Below are positions 21,657 through 31,221 of a stretch of DNA of 64,000 nt, piece by piece. Source of the DNA: Polyangiaceae bacterium (GTDB lineage: Bacteria > Myxococcota_A > Polyangia > Polyangiales > Polyangiaceae). Location: assembly GCA_044222475.1 (NCBI GenBank), contig JBGANF010000002.1, positions 108,419 through 172,418 of the forward strand. The letters run 5' to 3'. A program made the translations under genes and the position numbers. Below the pieces are notes generated by a model. It saw nothing but the letters and a program-made list of their open reading frames with translations, ran no database searches and had not been told where the DNA came from. Positions within the stretch are counted from its first letter, which is position 1, and each line of letters opens with the position of its first letter.

Positions 21657-22193
21657 ATGCCCGCGATCGCGCCGGATGACTGGGTCGCGCTCGCCGCGGT
21701 GGCGAGGCCCCACGGCGTACGCGGCGAGGTGCGCCTGCGCCTCTACAACGAAGACAGCGACGTCCTGCTCGATCGGGACGAGGTCCTCGTTCGCCTTGCC
21801 GACGGCAAGGAGCACGAGGTCTCGATCGACTTCGCGCGCCGGGCCGACAAGGCGATCCTCATCAAGCTCCACTCCGTGGACGACCGCAACCGCGCCGAGG
21901 AGCTGCGCGGCGCCGAGATCTGCGTGCGCCGCCGCGACTTCCCACCGCTCGAGCCGGGGGAGTTCTACGCGTGCGACGTCGAAGGCGCGGAGGTTCGCCT
22001 CGGCGCCGTCGACGGCGACAAGCTCGGGACGGTGAAGGAGTTCCTCCGGTATCCGTCGGTCGACGCGTTCCTCGTCGAGGGCGCGCGCGGGCGCTTCGAG
22101 GTGCCGGTCTCGGAGAACTGGATCAAGGAGCTCGCGCCCGGGGTCGTCGTCCTCGCGACGCTCGACGGACTGGACGTGGGCGATGCGGGTTGA
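21657..22193 (+). CDS. rimM: Ribosome maturation factor RimM
   Basis: [25 protein letters not shown]; synteny. Confidence 0.93.
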   Translation: MPAIAPDDWVALAAVARPHGVRGEVRLRLYNEDSDVLLDRDEVLVRLADGKEHEVSIDFARRADKAILIKLHSVDDRNRAEELRGAEICVRRRDFPPLEPGEFYACDVEGAEVRLGAVDGDKLGTVKEFLRYPSVDAFLVEGARGRFEVPVSENWIKELAPGVVVLATLDGLDVGDAG

Positions 22194-22884
22194 CGTCGTC
22201 ACGTTGTTTCCCGAGCTCTTTCAGGGGTTCCTCGCGACGAGCTTCGTGGGGCGCGCGATCGAGAGCGGTACCCTTTTGGTACGAATGCGCTCGCCCCGCG
22301 ATTTCGGGCTCGGCAAGCACAAGTCGGTCGACGACACGCCGTATGGCGGCGGCTCCGGGATGGTCATGCGGGTCGACGTCCTCGTGCCGTGCATGGAGTC
22401 GCTCGACGCCGACGCACCGGACGGAGTGCGCGCGCACCGCGTCCTCTTGACGCCGCAGGGGGCACCGTTGACTCAAGCGAAGGCGGCGGAGCTGGCCGAG
22501 CGGCCTGCGATCGCGCTCGTGTGCGGGCGCTACGAAGGGTTCGACGAGCGCGTGCGCGCTCACGTCGACGAAGAGATCTCGCTCGGCGACTTCGTGATGA
22601 CCGGCGGCGAGGTCTGCGCGATGGCGATCATCGAGGCGACCGTGCGGCTTCTGCCCGGCGTGCTCGGCAACGAAGCGTCGACCCACGAGGAGTCGCATAG
22701 CCCGGCGAACGAAGGGCTGCTCGAGTACCCGCAGTACACGCGGCCGGCGGAGTTTCGCGGCGCGGCCGTGCCCGAGGTGCTCACGTCGGGCAACCACGCG
22801 GTGATCGAGAAATGGCGTCGCGAGCAGGCCAAGGCGCGGACGGCCGCGCGTCGGCCGGATCTCCTCGCGCGGCGGGGCTCGTGA
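22183..22884 (+). CDS. trmD: tRNA (guanine37-N1)-methyltransferase
   Basis: [48 protein letters not shown]. Confidence 0.97.
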   Translation: MRVDVVTLFPELFQGFLATSFVGRAIESGTLLVRMRSPRDFGLGKHKSVDDTPYGGGSGMVMRVDVLVPCMESLDADAPDGVRAHRVLLTPQGAPLTQAKAAELAERPAIALVCGRYEGFDERVRAHVDEEISLGDFVMTGGEVCAMAIIEATVRLLPGVLGNEASTHEESHSPANEGLLEYPQYTRPAEFRGAAVPEVLTSGNHAVIEKWRREQAKARTAARRPDLLARRGS

Positions 22885-23450
22885 GGGATCTCTCGGTCGC
22901 GCTCGTGCATCACCCGGTGCTCGACGGCGCGGGCGCGATCGTCACGTCGGCGATCACCAACTTGGACATCCACGATCTGGCGCGCAGCGCGCGGACCTAC
23001 GGCTGCGCGCGGTACGTGCTCGTGCACCCGGTGGCGGCGCAGCGCGAGCTCGCGGCGCGGATCAAGGAGCACTGGACCACCGGTTCGAGCAGCAAGCGGA
23101 TCCCGGCACGGAAAGAGGCGCTCGCGCTCGTCGACTCGGTCGCGTCGCTCGAGGAGCTATGGACGTCGTTCGGCGGGCGCGACGCGGTCGAGGTGTGGGT
23201 GACCGCGGCGAAGGGCGCCGGCGACATGCTGCGGTTCGGCGACGCGCGCACGAGGCTCGAAGGCGAGGGGAAGCCGGTCGTGATCCTCTTCGGCACGGCG
23301 TGGGGCATGCCCCGCGACGTGTTGGATGCGGCCGACGCACGCCTCGAGCCGATCGCCGCGATCACCGTCGATGCACGCGGTGCGTACAATCATCTGAGCG
23401 TGCGATCGGCGTGCGCGATCACGCTCGATCGGTTGCGCGGCGGGCGCTGA
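22881..23450 (+). CDS. SPOUT RNA methyltransferase (TM1570/PF09936-like)
   Basis: [53 protein letters not shown] overlap with trmD. Confidence 0.88.
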   Translation: MRDLSVALVHHPVLDGAGAIVTSAITNLDIHDLARSARTYGCARYVLVHPVAAQRELAARIKEHWTTGSSSKRIPARKEALALVDSVASLEELWTSFGGRDAVEVWVTAAKGAGDMLRFGDARTRLEGEGKPVVILFGTAWGMPRDVLDAADARLEPIAAITVDARGAYNHLSVRSACAITLDRLRGGR

Positions 23451-23461
23451 CCGGACCGAAG

Positions 23462-23470
23462 TGGTATCCT
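23462..23470 (+). promoter_or_regulatory. Extended -10 element, probable leaderless transcript
   Basis: TGGTATCCT 6 nt upstream of ATG 23477, no SD. Confidence 0.5.
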
Positions 23471-23476
23471 TCATCG

Positions 23477-24265
23477 ATGGCATCGACTCCGAACGAAGAC
23501 AAAGTGCTCCTCACTCTGATGAAGGGGCGGCCACCGAAGGTGGATCTTCGCAAGCCGAAAGCCAAAGACCTCGAGAACCTGCTCGACGTGTTCGGCGAAG
23601 GCGGTTGGCCCAAGGTGACCGGCGTCGCGAAGTCGTTCGGCCACTCGCTCCGGGCGCTCGCGGCCGACAAGGCGGGGGGGCTCTACGTGGAGTGGACCGC
23701 GAACGGGCGTGAGCATCCGGTCGTGTACTTCGGGACCGAGGGCAACGTCGAGGTCGCGGCGGGAAGCTTCCGAGAGTTCCTCGGGCTCCTGGCCGGCCGA
23801 GACGACGACGGGACGACGTTGAAGGACGCGATGAAGCAGGCTCGCCGCGCGCTCGTGCAGCTCGACTGGGAGAAGGCCGCGGAGCCCGAGGCGAGCGCGG
23901 AGCCGCCGGCGCCGGTCGATCCCGAGATCGCGGCCCTGCTCGCCGCGAACGACATCCCGGTGGTGGCGAACGTGAAGCAGGCGGTGACGTCGGCGAACGC
24001 GAAGTACCTGTGGCCGCTGATGGACAAGCTCGACACGATCGTGACGGGCTACAAGTCGTCGCGGATGTGGCACGACGCGTTCAAGGACGACCCGAAGGAG
24101 CTCCGTGCGTACTCGCCGAAGGAGACGTACACGGTCGGGGAGCTCGTCACCTACGAGACGAAGGGCGCGAGCAGCGGAAAGGCGCTCGTGTTGGCGAACC
24201 CGCTGCCGAATCGGGTGCTGCTCTGCTCGCGAGGGGCGACGTTCGTGAGGGCGTGCGGGGCGTAG
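23477..24265 (+). CDS. SUKH/SMI1-like putative immunity protein with extra C-terminal domain
   Basis: LAADKAGGLYVEW....HPVVYFGTEG...VAAGSFREFL resembles the SUKH C-terminal core. Confidence 0.55.
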   Translation: MASTPNEDKVLLTLMKGRPPKVDLRKPKAKDLENLLDVFGEGGWPKVTGVAKSFGHSLRALAADKAGGLYVEWTANGREHPVVYFGTEGNVEVAAGSFREFLGLLAGRDDDGTTLKDAMKQARRALVQLDWEKAAEPEASAEPPAPVDPEIAALLAANDIPVVANVKQAVTSANAKYLWPLMDKLDTIVTGYKSSRMWHDAFKDDPKELRAYSPKETYTVGELVTYETKGASSGKALVLANPLPNRVLLCSRGATFVRACGA

Positions 24266-24269
24266 CGCG

Positions 24270-24552
24270 TCACCCCGGTTGCTCGTCGAGTCGGATGAGG
24301 CCGCGGCGCCTCCAACCCGATCTCGCGAGCCACGTCTCGCCTGAAGCCGTCGGCCGTCGATCGACGTCGGGCGCGACCTCGGCGAAGCCATCGAACCAGC
24401 GCGCAGACGAGAATCGATCGGGCCCGGCCAATCGAACGCCGTGCTTCTTGGCGTTCATCAGCACGCTTGCGGCCGGCTCCCGCGCGAGCGCCGCCCCACG
24501 TGCGCGGTGCCAGCGGGAGTAGGAGCTGGGTGGCCATCTTGAATAGGGGCAA
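24270..24552 (-). pseudogene. Internally deleted REP-associated (IS200/Y1-type) tyrosine transposase remnant
   Basis: N-terminal QLLLPLAPRTWGGARAGAGRK joined out of frame to C-terminal VLMNAKKHG...DRFSSARWFDG...TWLARSGWRRRGLI..DE.PG; no HUH core between them. Confidence 0.65.
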
Positions 24553-24595
24553 CTTGAGTCGTCAGCACCTCGGGTCAATCCGGTCCAGGTGAAGA

Positions 24596-25267
24596 TCACC
24601 ATTCTCGCTCCACCCGCTCCCATGTGTCCGGTCGCGCCTTCAGGAAATCGAGGAGCCGCTCGTCCTTCGCGCCGATCCATCCTCCGCCGTCCGTGAAGAC
24701 GATTGCGATCACGTCCGCGCCGGCAAAGATGCGTGCGGGTCCACCGGGCGCGACCTTGAGACCGGGTACCTTCGCTTCGACGAAGTGCTTCGCGAGCCAG
24801 TCACCTTCCGCCGAGGCGTCGCCGTCGGACCAGGCGGACCAGGGCGCGCCAAGGACGATCTCGACCGCCAGCATGTGGAGCAACGCGATCGACAGGGGTA
24901 CCTCCTGGCACATCCACGTGTTCGCCGGAAAGCTACACGACCATACCGACGGATCCTCGCCGTGGACGGGAGTGGCGAGCTCGAAGCAACCCTGGTTCTC
25001 GACGAGAAAGACGAGCATGCCGTTCTCGCGAACGTCCAGCGGTCGTCCTCGTTGATGGTTCTGAGAGAAGATCCTCTTGCCGCCGACCGTGGTCAGCCAC
25101 CAGCGGAGCGCTCGTGGCATCACCTCGCTGCCCAGGTCGCGCGCTGCGTACCCGTCACCGGGCTCGATCGGGCCGTACCAGTGCTCCACGAGCATGCGCA
25201 GGAGCTCGAGGCGTTCGTCGAGCGACGCGCTCGGGAGCGCGCGGAAGGCGTCTTCGATGGAGGACAT
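24596..25267 (-). CDS. SUKH/SMI1-like putative immunity protein
   Basis: MPRALRWW...G...QN...LVFLVENQG....DPSVW pattern. Confidence 0.55.
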   Translation of the reverse strand: MSSIEDAFRALPSASLDERLELLRMLVEHWYGPIEPGDGYAARDLGSEVMPRALRWWLTTVGGKRIFSQNHQRGRPLDVRENGMLVFLVENQGCFELATPVHGEDPSVWSCSFPANTWMCQEVPLSIALLHMLAVEIVLGAPWSAWSDGDASAEGDWLAKHFVEAKVPGLKVAPGGPARIFAGADVIAIVFTDGGGWIGAKDERLLDFLKARPDTWERVEREW

Positions 25268-25288
25268 TCGGGCGACCCGTTCCGAAGG

Positions 25289-26107
25289 CTATCTCGACGT
25301 CGCGCTCGATTCTCCTCCGACGCGCTCGAGCAGGTCGACCTCTCGCTTCACCGCGCGCAGGTCGATCCCGAGGCGCCATCGCATCCACATGTGCTCGTCG
25401 ACCTCGCGGTATCCCATCGACCGCAGCTGGGGGTCGAGCCTCGCGAGCGGACCTTCCCCGGTCGCTCTCCGCGGAGGCATCGCATGCACCAACGTGCTGA
25501 CCCCAGGCCGGCCGACCGCGCTGTCGAGGATCGTCGAAAGCCGCACGGCGACGGTCCACCCGGCCACGCGTCGTTCGAACGCGTGGCCGATCGAGCTCAC
25601 GTGCCACGGGCCCGATCGGCACGCATCGAGTACCGCCCAGGTGGCGTCGCGCCGCCCCACCGGCCGCGCGGCGCGTGAGGCGACGCGTCCTTCCACCGCA
25701 GCAGTGACCGCGTCGAGCTCGCGGAGGACGCGCGGCGCACGGACGAGATCGCGTGCGGGACGCACCCACCGTACCCACCCCGGTGGGTCGCGAGTCTCGA
25801 GCACGTAACCCGCCCCGAGCCGTCGGCCGACGTCCCGACACCACGTGGACGAAAGCAACTCGGCACGGATCGAGCGCCTCGACCTCGCGGCGTGAACGGT
25901 GACGCTGAGGAACCACGAGCGACCGTCGAACACCATCGCATGGGCCTCGACCTCGTACCGCTTCGAGCCGAGCCTCAATTTCCACGTGCGACGCAGACTC
26001 GGAGAGTGGAGTTGCCACCCCGGTCGTGACCGCAAGTGATCGGCGGCTGCACGCGCCGCACGCTCCGCTGCGCTCTTAGCTCGGGAAGCCGGGCTCGTGG
26101 GTTTCAT
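25289..26107 (-). CDS. Hypothetical Trp/Arg-rich protein, possible internal duplication
   Basis: ATG 26107 with TACGAT -10 7 nt upstream; halves share RL...GY.......W.RW.......RELD pattern. Confidence 0.55.
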   Translation of the reverse strand: MKPTSPASRAKSAAERAARAAADHLRSRPGWQLHSPSLRRTWKLRLGSKRYEVEAHAMVFDGRSWFLSVTVHAARSRRSIRAELLSSTWCRDVGRRLGAGYVLETRDPPGWVRWVRPARDLVRAPRVLRELDAVTAAVEGRVASRAARPVGRRDATWAVLDACRSGPWHVSSIGHAFERRVAGWTVAVRLSTILDSAVGRPGVSTLVHAMPPRRATGEGPLARLDPQLRSMGYREVDEHMWMRWRLGIDLRAVKREVDLLERVGGESSATSR

Positions 26108-26142
26108 GGGCTCGATCGTACGCGGTAGGATGCCCCCTTCGC

Positions 26143-26907
26143 ATGCCGAAGCGAGCGTTCCTTCACCTTGCGCCGTCCGAGTACGCCGCCAAATCGGTGC
26201 GCAACGCACTGGCCTCGGTGGGGCGCGACGACGAGGTCATCGGATGGCGCGACTCGTACTCGGATGGTCCCCTCGCGAATGCCGACGGCGACGCAACGCT
26301 GCGCGCGGGCTGGTGGAGTCGGCTGCGCGGCGAGTCGGTCGCCGCAGCCGACCTTCGTGACGCCGATCTCTGGGACCGCGTTCGGGCGTCGCCTGCAGCC
26401 GTGGTGCTGTGGCATGGCCCTCACGCCGCCGAAGCCATCTTCGCGAAGCGAGCGTGCTTCCACCTGCCCGATCGCGAGCCATACGAGGCGACGACTCCGG
26501 GGCGCACAGGCCGGCTTCCCGCGTTCTACGGCGCGGTCGCCATCTCGAGCGAAGAGGATCTCGTCGAAGCATGGCGAAAGCGTGCGCGGGTGTCGGACGC
26601 TGCTGCGCGCGCGGCGGAGTGGCTTCGACTGCGCGCCGATGGCGGCGAGTGGTTGCGGGACCTCGACGGTGAGACCATCGTTCACCTACCCCTCACCGCA
26701 CACGACGACGAGCTCGTCCGGACGTGTCGCGGCGACTGGCGCGGATCGATCCTCGTCGTCGGGACGGTGCTCACGGTTCGACCGAGGAGCGACGCCTTCT
26801 TGTTCTGGAGAGTGCGCGAGTTGCTCGCCGCCGGCGTCCTCGAAGGACGCGGCGCCCCGAACCGCGTTGGACTCCCGGACGAAGTTCGCCCCGCGAGTCC
26901 GCGTTGA
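26143..26907 (+). CDS. DUF1835/DUF3658-type protein
   Basis: LHLA....A.SVR.AL, DSYSDGPL, R..WW, VVLWHG; C-terminal DAFLFWRVREL...G.LE.RG. Confidence 0.7.
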   Translation: MPKRAFLHLAPSEYAAKSVRNALASVGRDDEVIGWRDSYSDGPLANADGDATLRAGWWSRLRGESVAAADLRDADLWDRVRASPAAVVLWHGPHAAEAIFAKRACFHLPDREPYEATTPGRTGRLPAFYGAVAISSEEDLVEAWRKRARVSDAAARAAEWLRLRADGGEWLRDLDGETIVHLPLTAHDDELVRTCRGDWRGSILVVGTVLTVRPRSDAFLFWRVRELLAAGVLEGRGAPNRVGLPDEVRPASPR

Positions 26908-26910
26908 CGC

Positions 26911-27555
26911 TCACCCCACGATCGCCGGCTCCACCACCAGCCCGCCCGGCTTCCCCGCACACGACTCCACCAGGACGATCCGCGCCGGCCTCGTCGGCTT
27001 CCCGTGCACCATCTGCACGCGCTTCGCGACGAGCCCTCGCTTCTCGAGGATCGACAGCGCTCGCACGAGCTCCGGCGCCGGGTACACGAAGAAGAACCGA
27101 CCCCGCGGTCCCAACATGGTACGCGCGACGCCGACGAAGTGCTCCAGCGACCCGACTCGCGCCTCGGGCGCCACCGCGCGCGGTCGCGCCCGCCCCGGCT
27201 CGAAGTAGGGCGGGTTGCACACGACGACGTCGGCGCACGCCTTGAGCGTCGCCGCCGCTCCGGCGACGTCGCTGCGGACGACCTCGGCGGTCACGCCGTT
27301 GGCGACCGCGTTCGCCTCCGCGAGCGCCGCCGCGGCCGCGTTCGCCTCCACGAGCACCACCCGACGCGGCAGCCGCGGCGCGAGCAGCGCCGCCGCGAGC
27401 CCCACCGCGCCGGTCCCCGCGCCGAGATCGACCAACGTGCCTCGAATGCGCCCGGCCGCGAACCGCGCGAGGTGAATCGCGTCGACGTTGACGCGATAGC
27501 CCGCGCCGGGCGGCGGCTGGCGAAGAACCAGCCGCCCGTCGAGGAGTCGCGTCAC
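26911..27555 (-). CDS. tRNA1(Val) A37-N6-methyltransferase-like SAM-dependent methyltransferase
   Basis: QP..GYRVNVDAIHLA, VDLGAGTG, VVCNPPYF. Confidence 0.85.
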   Translation of the reverse strand: MTRLLDGRLVLRQPPPGAGYRVNVDAIHLARFAAGRIRGTLVDLGAGTGAVGLAAALLAPRLPRRVVLVEANAAAAALAEANAVANGVTAEVVRSDVAGAAATLKACADVVVCNPPYFEPGRARPRAVAPEARVGSLEHFVGVARTMLGPRGRFFFVYPAPELVRALSILEKRGLVAKRVQMVHGKPTRPARIVLVESCAGKPGGLVVEPAIVG

Positions 27556-28673
27556 TTCTGCCAGGGGCGGCGGCCGCGGAACGACAGGGCCGTCACCGCG
27601 CCAGGGAACACCTGTACCACGATGGTACCGAGGAGCACCTTGGTGCTGCCCACCTTGCCGGCGGCGCTGATGCGGATCGGGGTACCGGTCGGGTAGTTCA
27701 GCGCGCCGAAGAGCCCGAGCTTGCTCGTGCCGAGGCCGGCTTGCGTTCGGGTCTTGTCGGGGAGCGGATCCGACTCGTTGTCGCCGAAGTAGAACATGTC
27801 GCCTTCGGGGCGGTAGTCGGTGTTGACGGTCGCGCCGCCGAGGCGCACGTCGCCGCAGTCGTGCACTTCACCGGCGATGACGCCGCGGTCGGCCTTGATG
27901 GTGAAGCCGCCGGCGGCCGACGCGATCGTGTTCACGTCGGTCGACGCGACGGCGCTCGGCTCGTAGTAGATCTCGCCGTTCGTGACCTGATCGTTGCCGT
28001 AGTAGATGTTGTAGTCGTACAGCTCGGCCCACTTCTGCGAGCCCTTCGCGTCGCTCGTCTTGATGATGAGCGGCGTCTCCGTCGGGACGCCCGCGTACGT
28101 GTACGCGCGGAGCGTGCAGCCGTCGGTCGGGCATTTCTTCGACCAGGTCGGCTTCGGGTCGAGGAAGAGGCTCGCGTCGGTCGTCTCGACCGGGGTGCCG
28201 ATCGCCTTGCCGAGCGCACCGTTCGGCCCAGCCTCGAAGATCTCGATCTTCACGCCGGAGGAATCGTCGCCGGTGGAGAAGAGCTTCACGAAGCCCTTCA
28301 CGGTCACCGTCTGCGGGGTCCCTTGCGGCTTCGGCGTGTCGAGGCACCCGAGGTCCGGCGTGGTCTGCCCGTTGGGCGCCGAGTTGTAGTTCAGGCCGGT
28401 CGCGCGGAAGAGGTCGACCGTGGGGTTCTGGACCTGGACGCAGCACGCCGTGATCGGCTTGGTCTCGGTGCAGGTCAGCGGGGGGTTCAGGTTCGGGACG
28501 GTGCAGCTCGTGCAGTCGGCGAACTCGTCCTTCTGGAGCGACGGGCTCGTCTTCTCGCTGGCGCAGGTCACCGTGCCCCCGTCACCCGTCACCGGGATGG
28601 GGTTCTTGTTCGAGCAGCCGAGGCCGGCCGTGAGCGCGAGGGAAGCAAGGAGGATGAGGCGAGACGTGGACAT
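27552..28673 (-). CDS. Cys-rich lipoprotein
   Basis: MSTSRLILLASLALTAGLGC lipobox; GAGG SD upstream. Confidence 0.8.
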   Translation of the reverse strand: MSTSRLILLASLALTAGLGCSNKNPIPVTGDGGTVTCASEKTSPSLQKDEFADCTSCTVPNLNPPLTCTETKPITACCVQVQNPTVDLFRATGLNYNSAPNGQTTPDLGCLDTPKPQGTPQTVTVKGFVKLFSTGDDSSGVKIEIFEAGPNGALGKAIGTPVETTDASLFLDPKPTWSKKCPTDGCTLRAYTYAGVPTETPLIIKTSDAKGSQKWAELYDYNIYYGNDQVTNGEIYYEPSAVASTDVNTIASAAGGFTIKADRGVIAGEVHDCGDVRLGGATVNTDYRPEGDMFYFGDNESDPLPDKTRTQAGLGTSKLGLFGALNYPTGTPIRISAAGKVGSTKVLLGTIVVQVFPGAVTALSFRGRRPWQK

Positions 28674-28750
28674 GAGGACCTCGAGTCGAAAGAAGGAACC
28701 GATGCGGCGCCACGGTTTGTAGCGTAAACCAGAGTGCAATCGTAGCTGAA

Positions 28751-29875
28751 ATGGGCCCCGACGTCTCGACGACAAAGGCACGGGAATCACGCACCCAGAC
28801 GGTGTTCGCGCGCGCCCGGGCCCTGGGCTTCGACGCCGTCGGCGTGGCCGACGCGCGCGCGCCGCTCGACCGCGACATGGATCGCTACGACGCGTTCCTC
28901 GACGCCGGCTACGACGGAGAGATGACCTGGCTGCGCGACCACCGGGAGTTGCGACGACGGGTCGACGTGGACGGCATCCTCGAGGGGGCGCGAAGCGTGG
29001 TGTGCGTCGCGCAGAGGTACCAGCGGAGCGCCGACGACGAAGCGGCCGACCCGGACTTCGCCAAGATGGTCGCCCGGTACGCCCGCGGGCGCGACTACCA
29101 CAACGGGCTCCGCAAGAAGCTCCGATCGCTCGCGCGCCTGCTCCGCACGCTCGAAGAGGGCGCGGCGGCGCGGCCCCTCACCGACGACGCGCCGATCCTC
29201 GAGCGCGCATGGGCGGCGCGCGCGGGCCTCGGCTTCGTGGGCAAGAACGGCATGCTCATCGTCCCGGGCGACGGCTCGTTCGTGCTGCTCGGCGAGGTCG
29301 TGACCACCGTCGAGCTCGACGTGGGCGCGCCGATGGCCGAGCGGTGTGGCTCGTGCCGCGCGTGCCTCGATGCGTGTCCGACCGGCGCGTTCCCGGCGCC
29401 GTTCGTCCTCGATGCGCGTCGGTGCGTCTCGTACCTGACGATCGAGCTCCGCAGCCCCATCGACGACTCGCTGCGACGCGGGGTAGGGGAGCACCTCTTC
29501 GGCTGCGACGACTGCCAGACGGTGTGCCCGTTCAACAAAGGGGCGCGGAGCGCTTTGGGGCGCGGCTTGGGGCGTGAGCGCGGCGTCGCCGATCGGTACC
29601 GGCCGCTCGATCGTTGGGCCACGACCGACCTCGCGGCGCTTCTCACCGCCACCGACGACGCGTTCCGGACGCTCACCGAGGGCTCTCCGCTGCACCGCGC
29701 GACGCGCGAGGGTCTGGCCCGCAACGCCGCGATCGTGTTGGGGAATCGACGGGACTCGGCCTCGCTCGGTGCGCTACGGAGCGCGCAGGCGAGCCACCCC
29801 TCGGCCGTCGTGCGCGAGGCGGCAGCGTGGGCGATCGCTTGCATCACCTCCGCTGCGGCGCCGTCCAACCCGTGA
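28751..29875 (+). CDS. queG: Epoxyqueuosine reductase
   Basis: RYARGRDYH, ERAWAARAGLGFVGKN, CGSCRACLDACPTGA, CVSYLTIE, GCDDCQ.VCP. Confidence 0.93.
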   Translation: MGPDVSTTKARESRTQTVFARARALGFDAVGVADARAPLDRDMDRYDAFLDAGYDGEMTWLRDHRELRRRVDVDGILEGARSVVCVAQRYQRSADDEAADPDFAKMVARYARGRDYHNGLRKKLRSLARLLRTLEEGAAARPLTDDAPILERAWAARAGLGFVGKNGMLIVPGDGSFVLLGEVVTTVELDVGAPMAERCGSCRACLDACPTGAFPAPFVLDARRCVSYLTIELRSPIDDSLRRGVGEHLFGCDDCQTVCPFNKGARSALGRGLGRERGVADRYRPLDRWATTDLAALLTATDDAFRTLTEGSPLHRATREGLARNAAIVLGNRRDSASLGALRSAQASHPSAVVREAAAWAIACITSAAAPSNP

Positions 29876-29888
29876 TAAGAAAGCGCCC

Positions 29889-31193
29889 ATGTCGTTGCAG
29901 ACTGCACGAACCTCGCTCCTCGCCGTCGCCCTCGCGTTGGGGGTGACCTCTGCGTTCGCGCAAGAGAGCGCGCTCGACGGGGCGCGCGCGAGGACCAAGG
30001 CCGAGCCGGCGAGCCTCGACGCGTCGCTCGCGCTCGGGCGCTCGCTTCGCCTCGCCGGTCGCACCACCGAGGCCATCGCCGAGCTGCGTCGCGGCGCGGC
30101 GCTCTTGCCCGGTCGAGCCGGTGACGGAGCGATCAAGGTCCAGTGGGAGATCGCGCGCGCGTACATCGGTCAGCGCGACTTCGGCCAGGCCATGGTCGCG
30201 TGTCGCGTCGCTGGCGCGCAGACCGGGGGCGCCGCTGCCGGTCACGCCTGCGCCGCCGAGGCCCACATCCTCTGGCGTCGCGGCTCCGAGGCCCTCACCG
30301 AGACGGCGCAAGCCCTCGCCGGTGGCAACAAGCAGTACGACGCGAAGGTCAGCGAAGGCCGCGCGCACACGCTCCAGCTCGAGGCGCCCGCGGCCGAGAA
30401 GTCGTTCCGCGAGGCGATCACTTGGAAGGAGGACGCGCCGGACGCGCATCGCTGGCTCGGCCGTCTCCTCGTCGATCAGGGAAAGACGGACGCCGGCATC
30501 GCGGAGCTGCGTCGCGCGTTCGCCCTCGACGCATCCGATCCCGAGATCGCGTACGAGCTGGCGCGCGCGATCGGCACCGGCGCCGAAGCGCAGGTGCTCC
30601 TCCAGCGCGCGGTGAAGGACCGACCGACGTTCACCGACGCGTGGATCAAGCTCGCCGATCTCGAGCTCGGAGCGGGCCGCCCCGCCGACGCACGCAAGAG
30701 CGCAGCGCAGGCGCTCGCCGGCGCACCTCAGGATGCGACGGCCCACGTGCTCATGGGTCGAGTCGCCTACGCCGAGGGCAAGTACGACGACGCGATCAAC
30801 GAAGCGAAGGCGGCGCTCGGGATCCTCGGGAACTCCGCGCCGGCGCGGCTGCTCCAGGCCGACGCGCTCGCGGCGAAGGGCGAGATCGATCTCGCGCTCG
30901 AGCAGTATCAGTCGGCCGCCGCGTTCGATCGCACCGATCCTTCGCCCCTGATCAAGGCGGCCGACGCGTGCCGGCGAGCCGGGCGCTTCACGAGCGCGCG
31001 CGCGTACGGCATGCGCGTCACCGCGGATTTTCCTGACTTCGGGCCGGGCTGGGTCGCCTTCGGCGACGCGCTCCTCGCCGACAAGGAGCCCGAGAAGGCG
31101 AAGGCCGCGTTCGACAAGGCGCTCGCCGCCCCCAAGGGCCTGAGCGCGACCGACAAGGACGCGGTGCGCGCGAAGATCGCCGCGATCAAGTAG
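29889..31193 (+). CDS. Exported multi-TPR protein
   Basis: Signal peptide ending AFA; many TPR repeats. Confidence 0.8.
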   Translation: MSLQTARTSLLAVALALGVTSAFAQESALDGARARTKAEPASLDASLALGRSLRLAGRTTEAIAELRRGAALLPGRAGDGAIKVQWEIARAYIGQRDFGQAMVACRVAGAQTGGAAAGHACAAEAHILWRRGSEALTETAQALAGGNKQYDAKVSEGRAHTLQLEAPAAEKSFREAITWKEDAPDAHRWLGRLLVDQGKTDAGIAELRRAFALDASDPEIAYELARAIGTGAEAQVLLQRAVKDRPTFTDAWIKLADLELGAGRPADARKSAAQALAGAPQDATAHVLMGRVAYAEGKYDDAINEAKAALGILGNSAPARLLQADALAAKGEIDLALEQYQSAAAFDRTDPSPLIKAADACRRAGRFTSARAYGMRVTADFPDFGPGWVAFGDALLADKEPEKAKAAFDKALAAPKGLSATDKDAVRAKIAAIK

Positions 31194-31221
31194 CCGCGGA
31201 CGGTGCTATGAAAGCGTCGCG

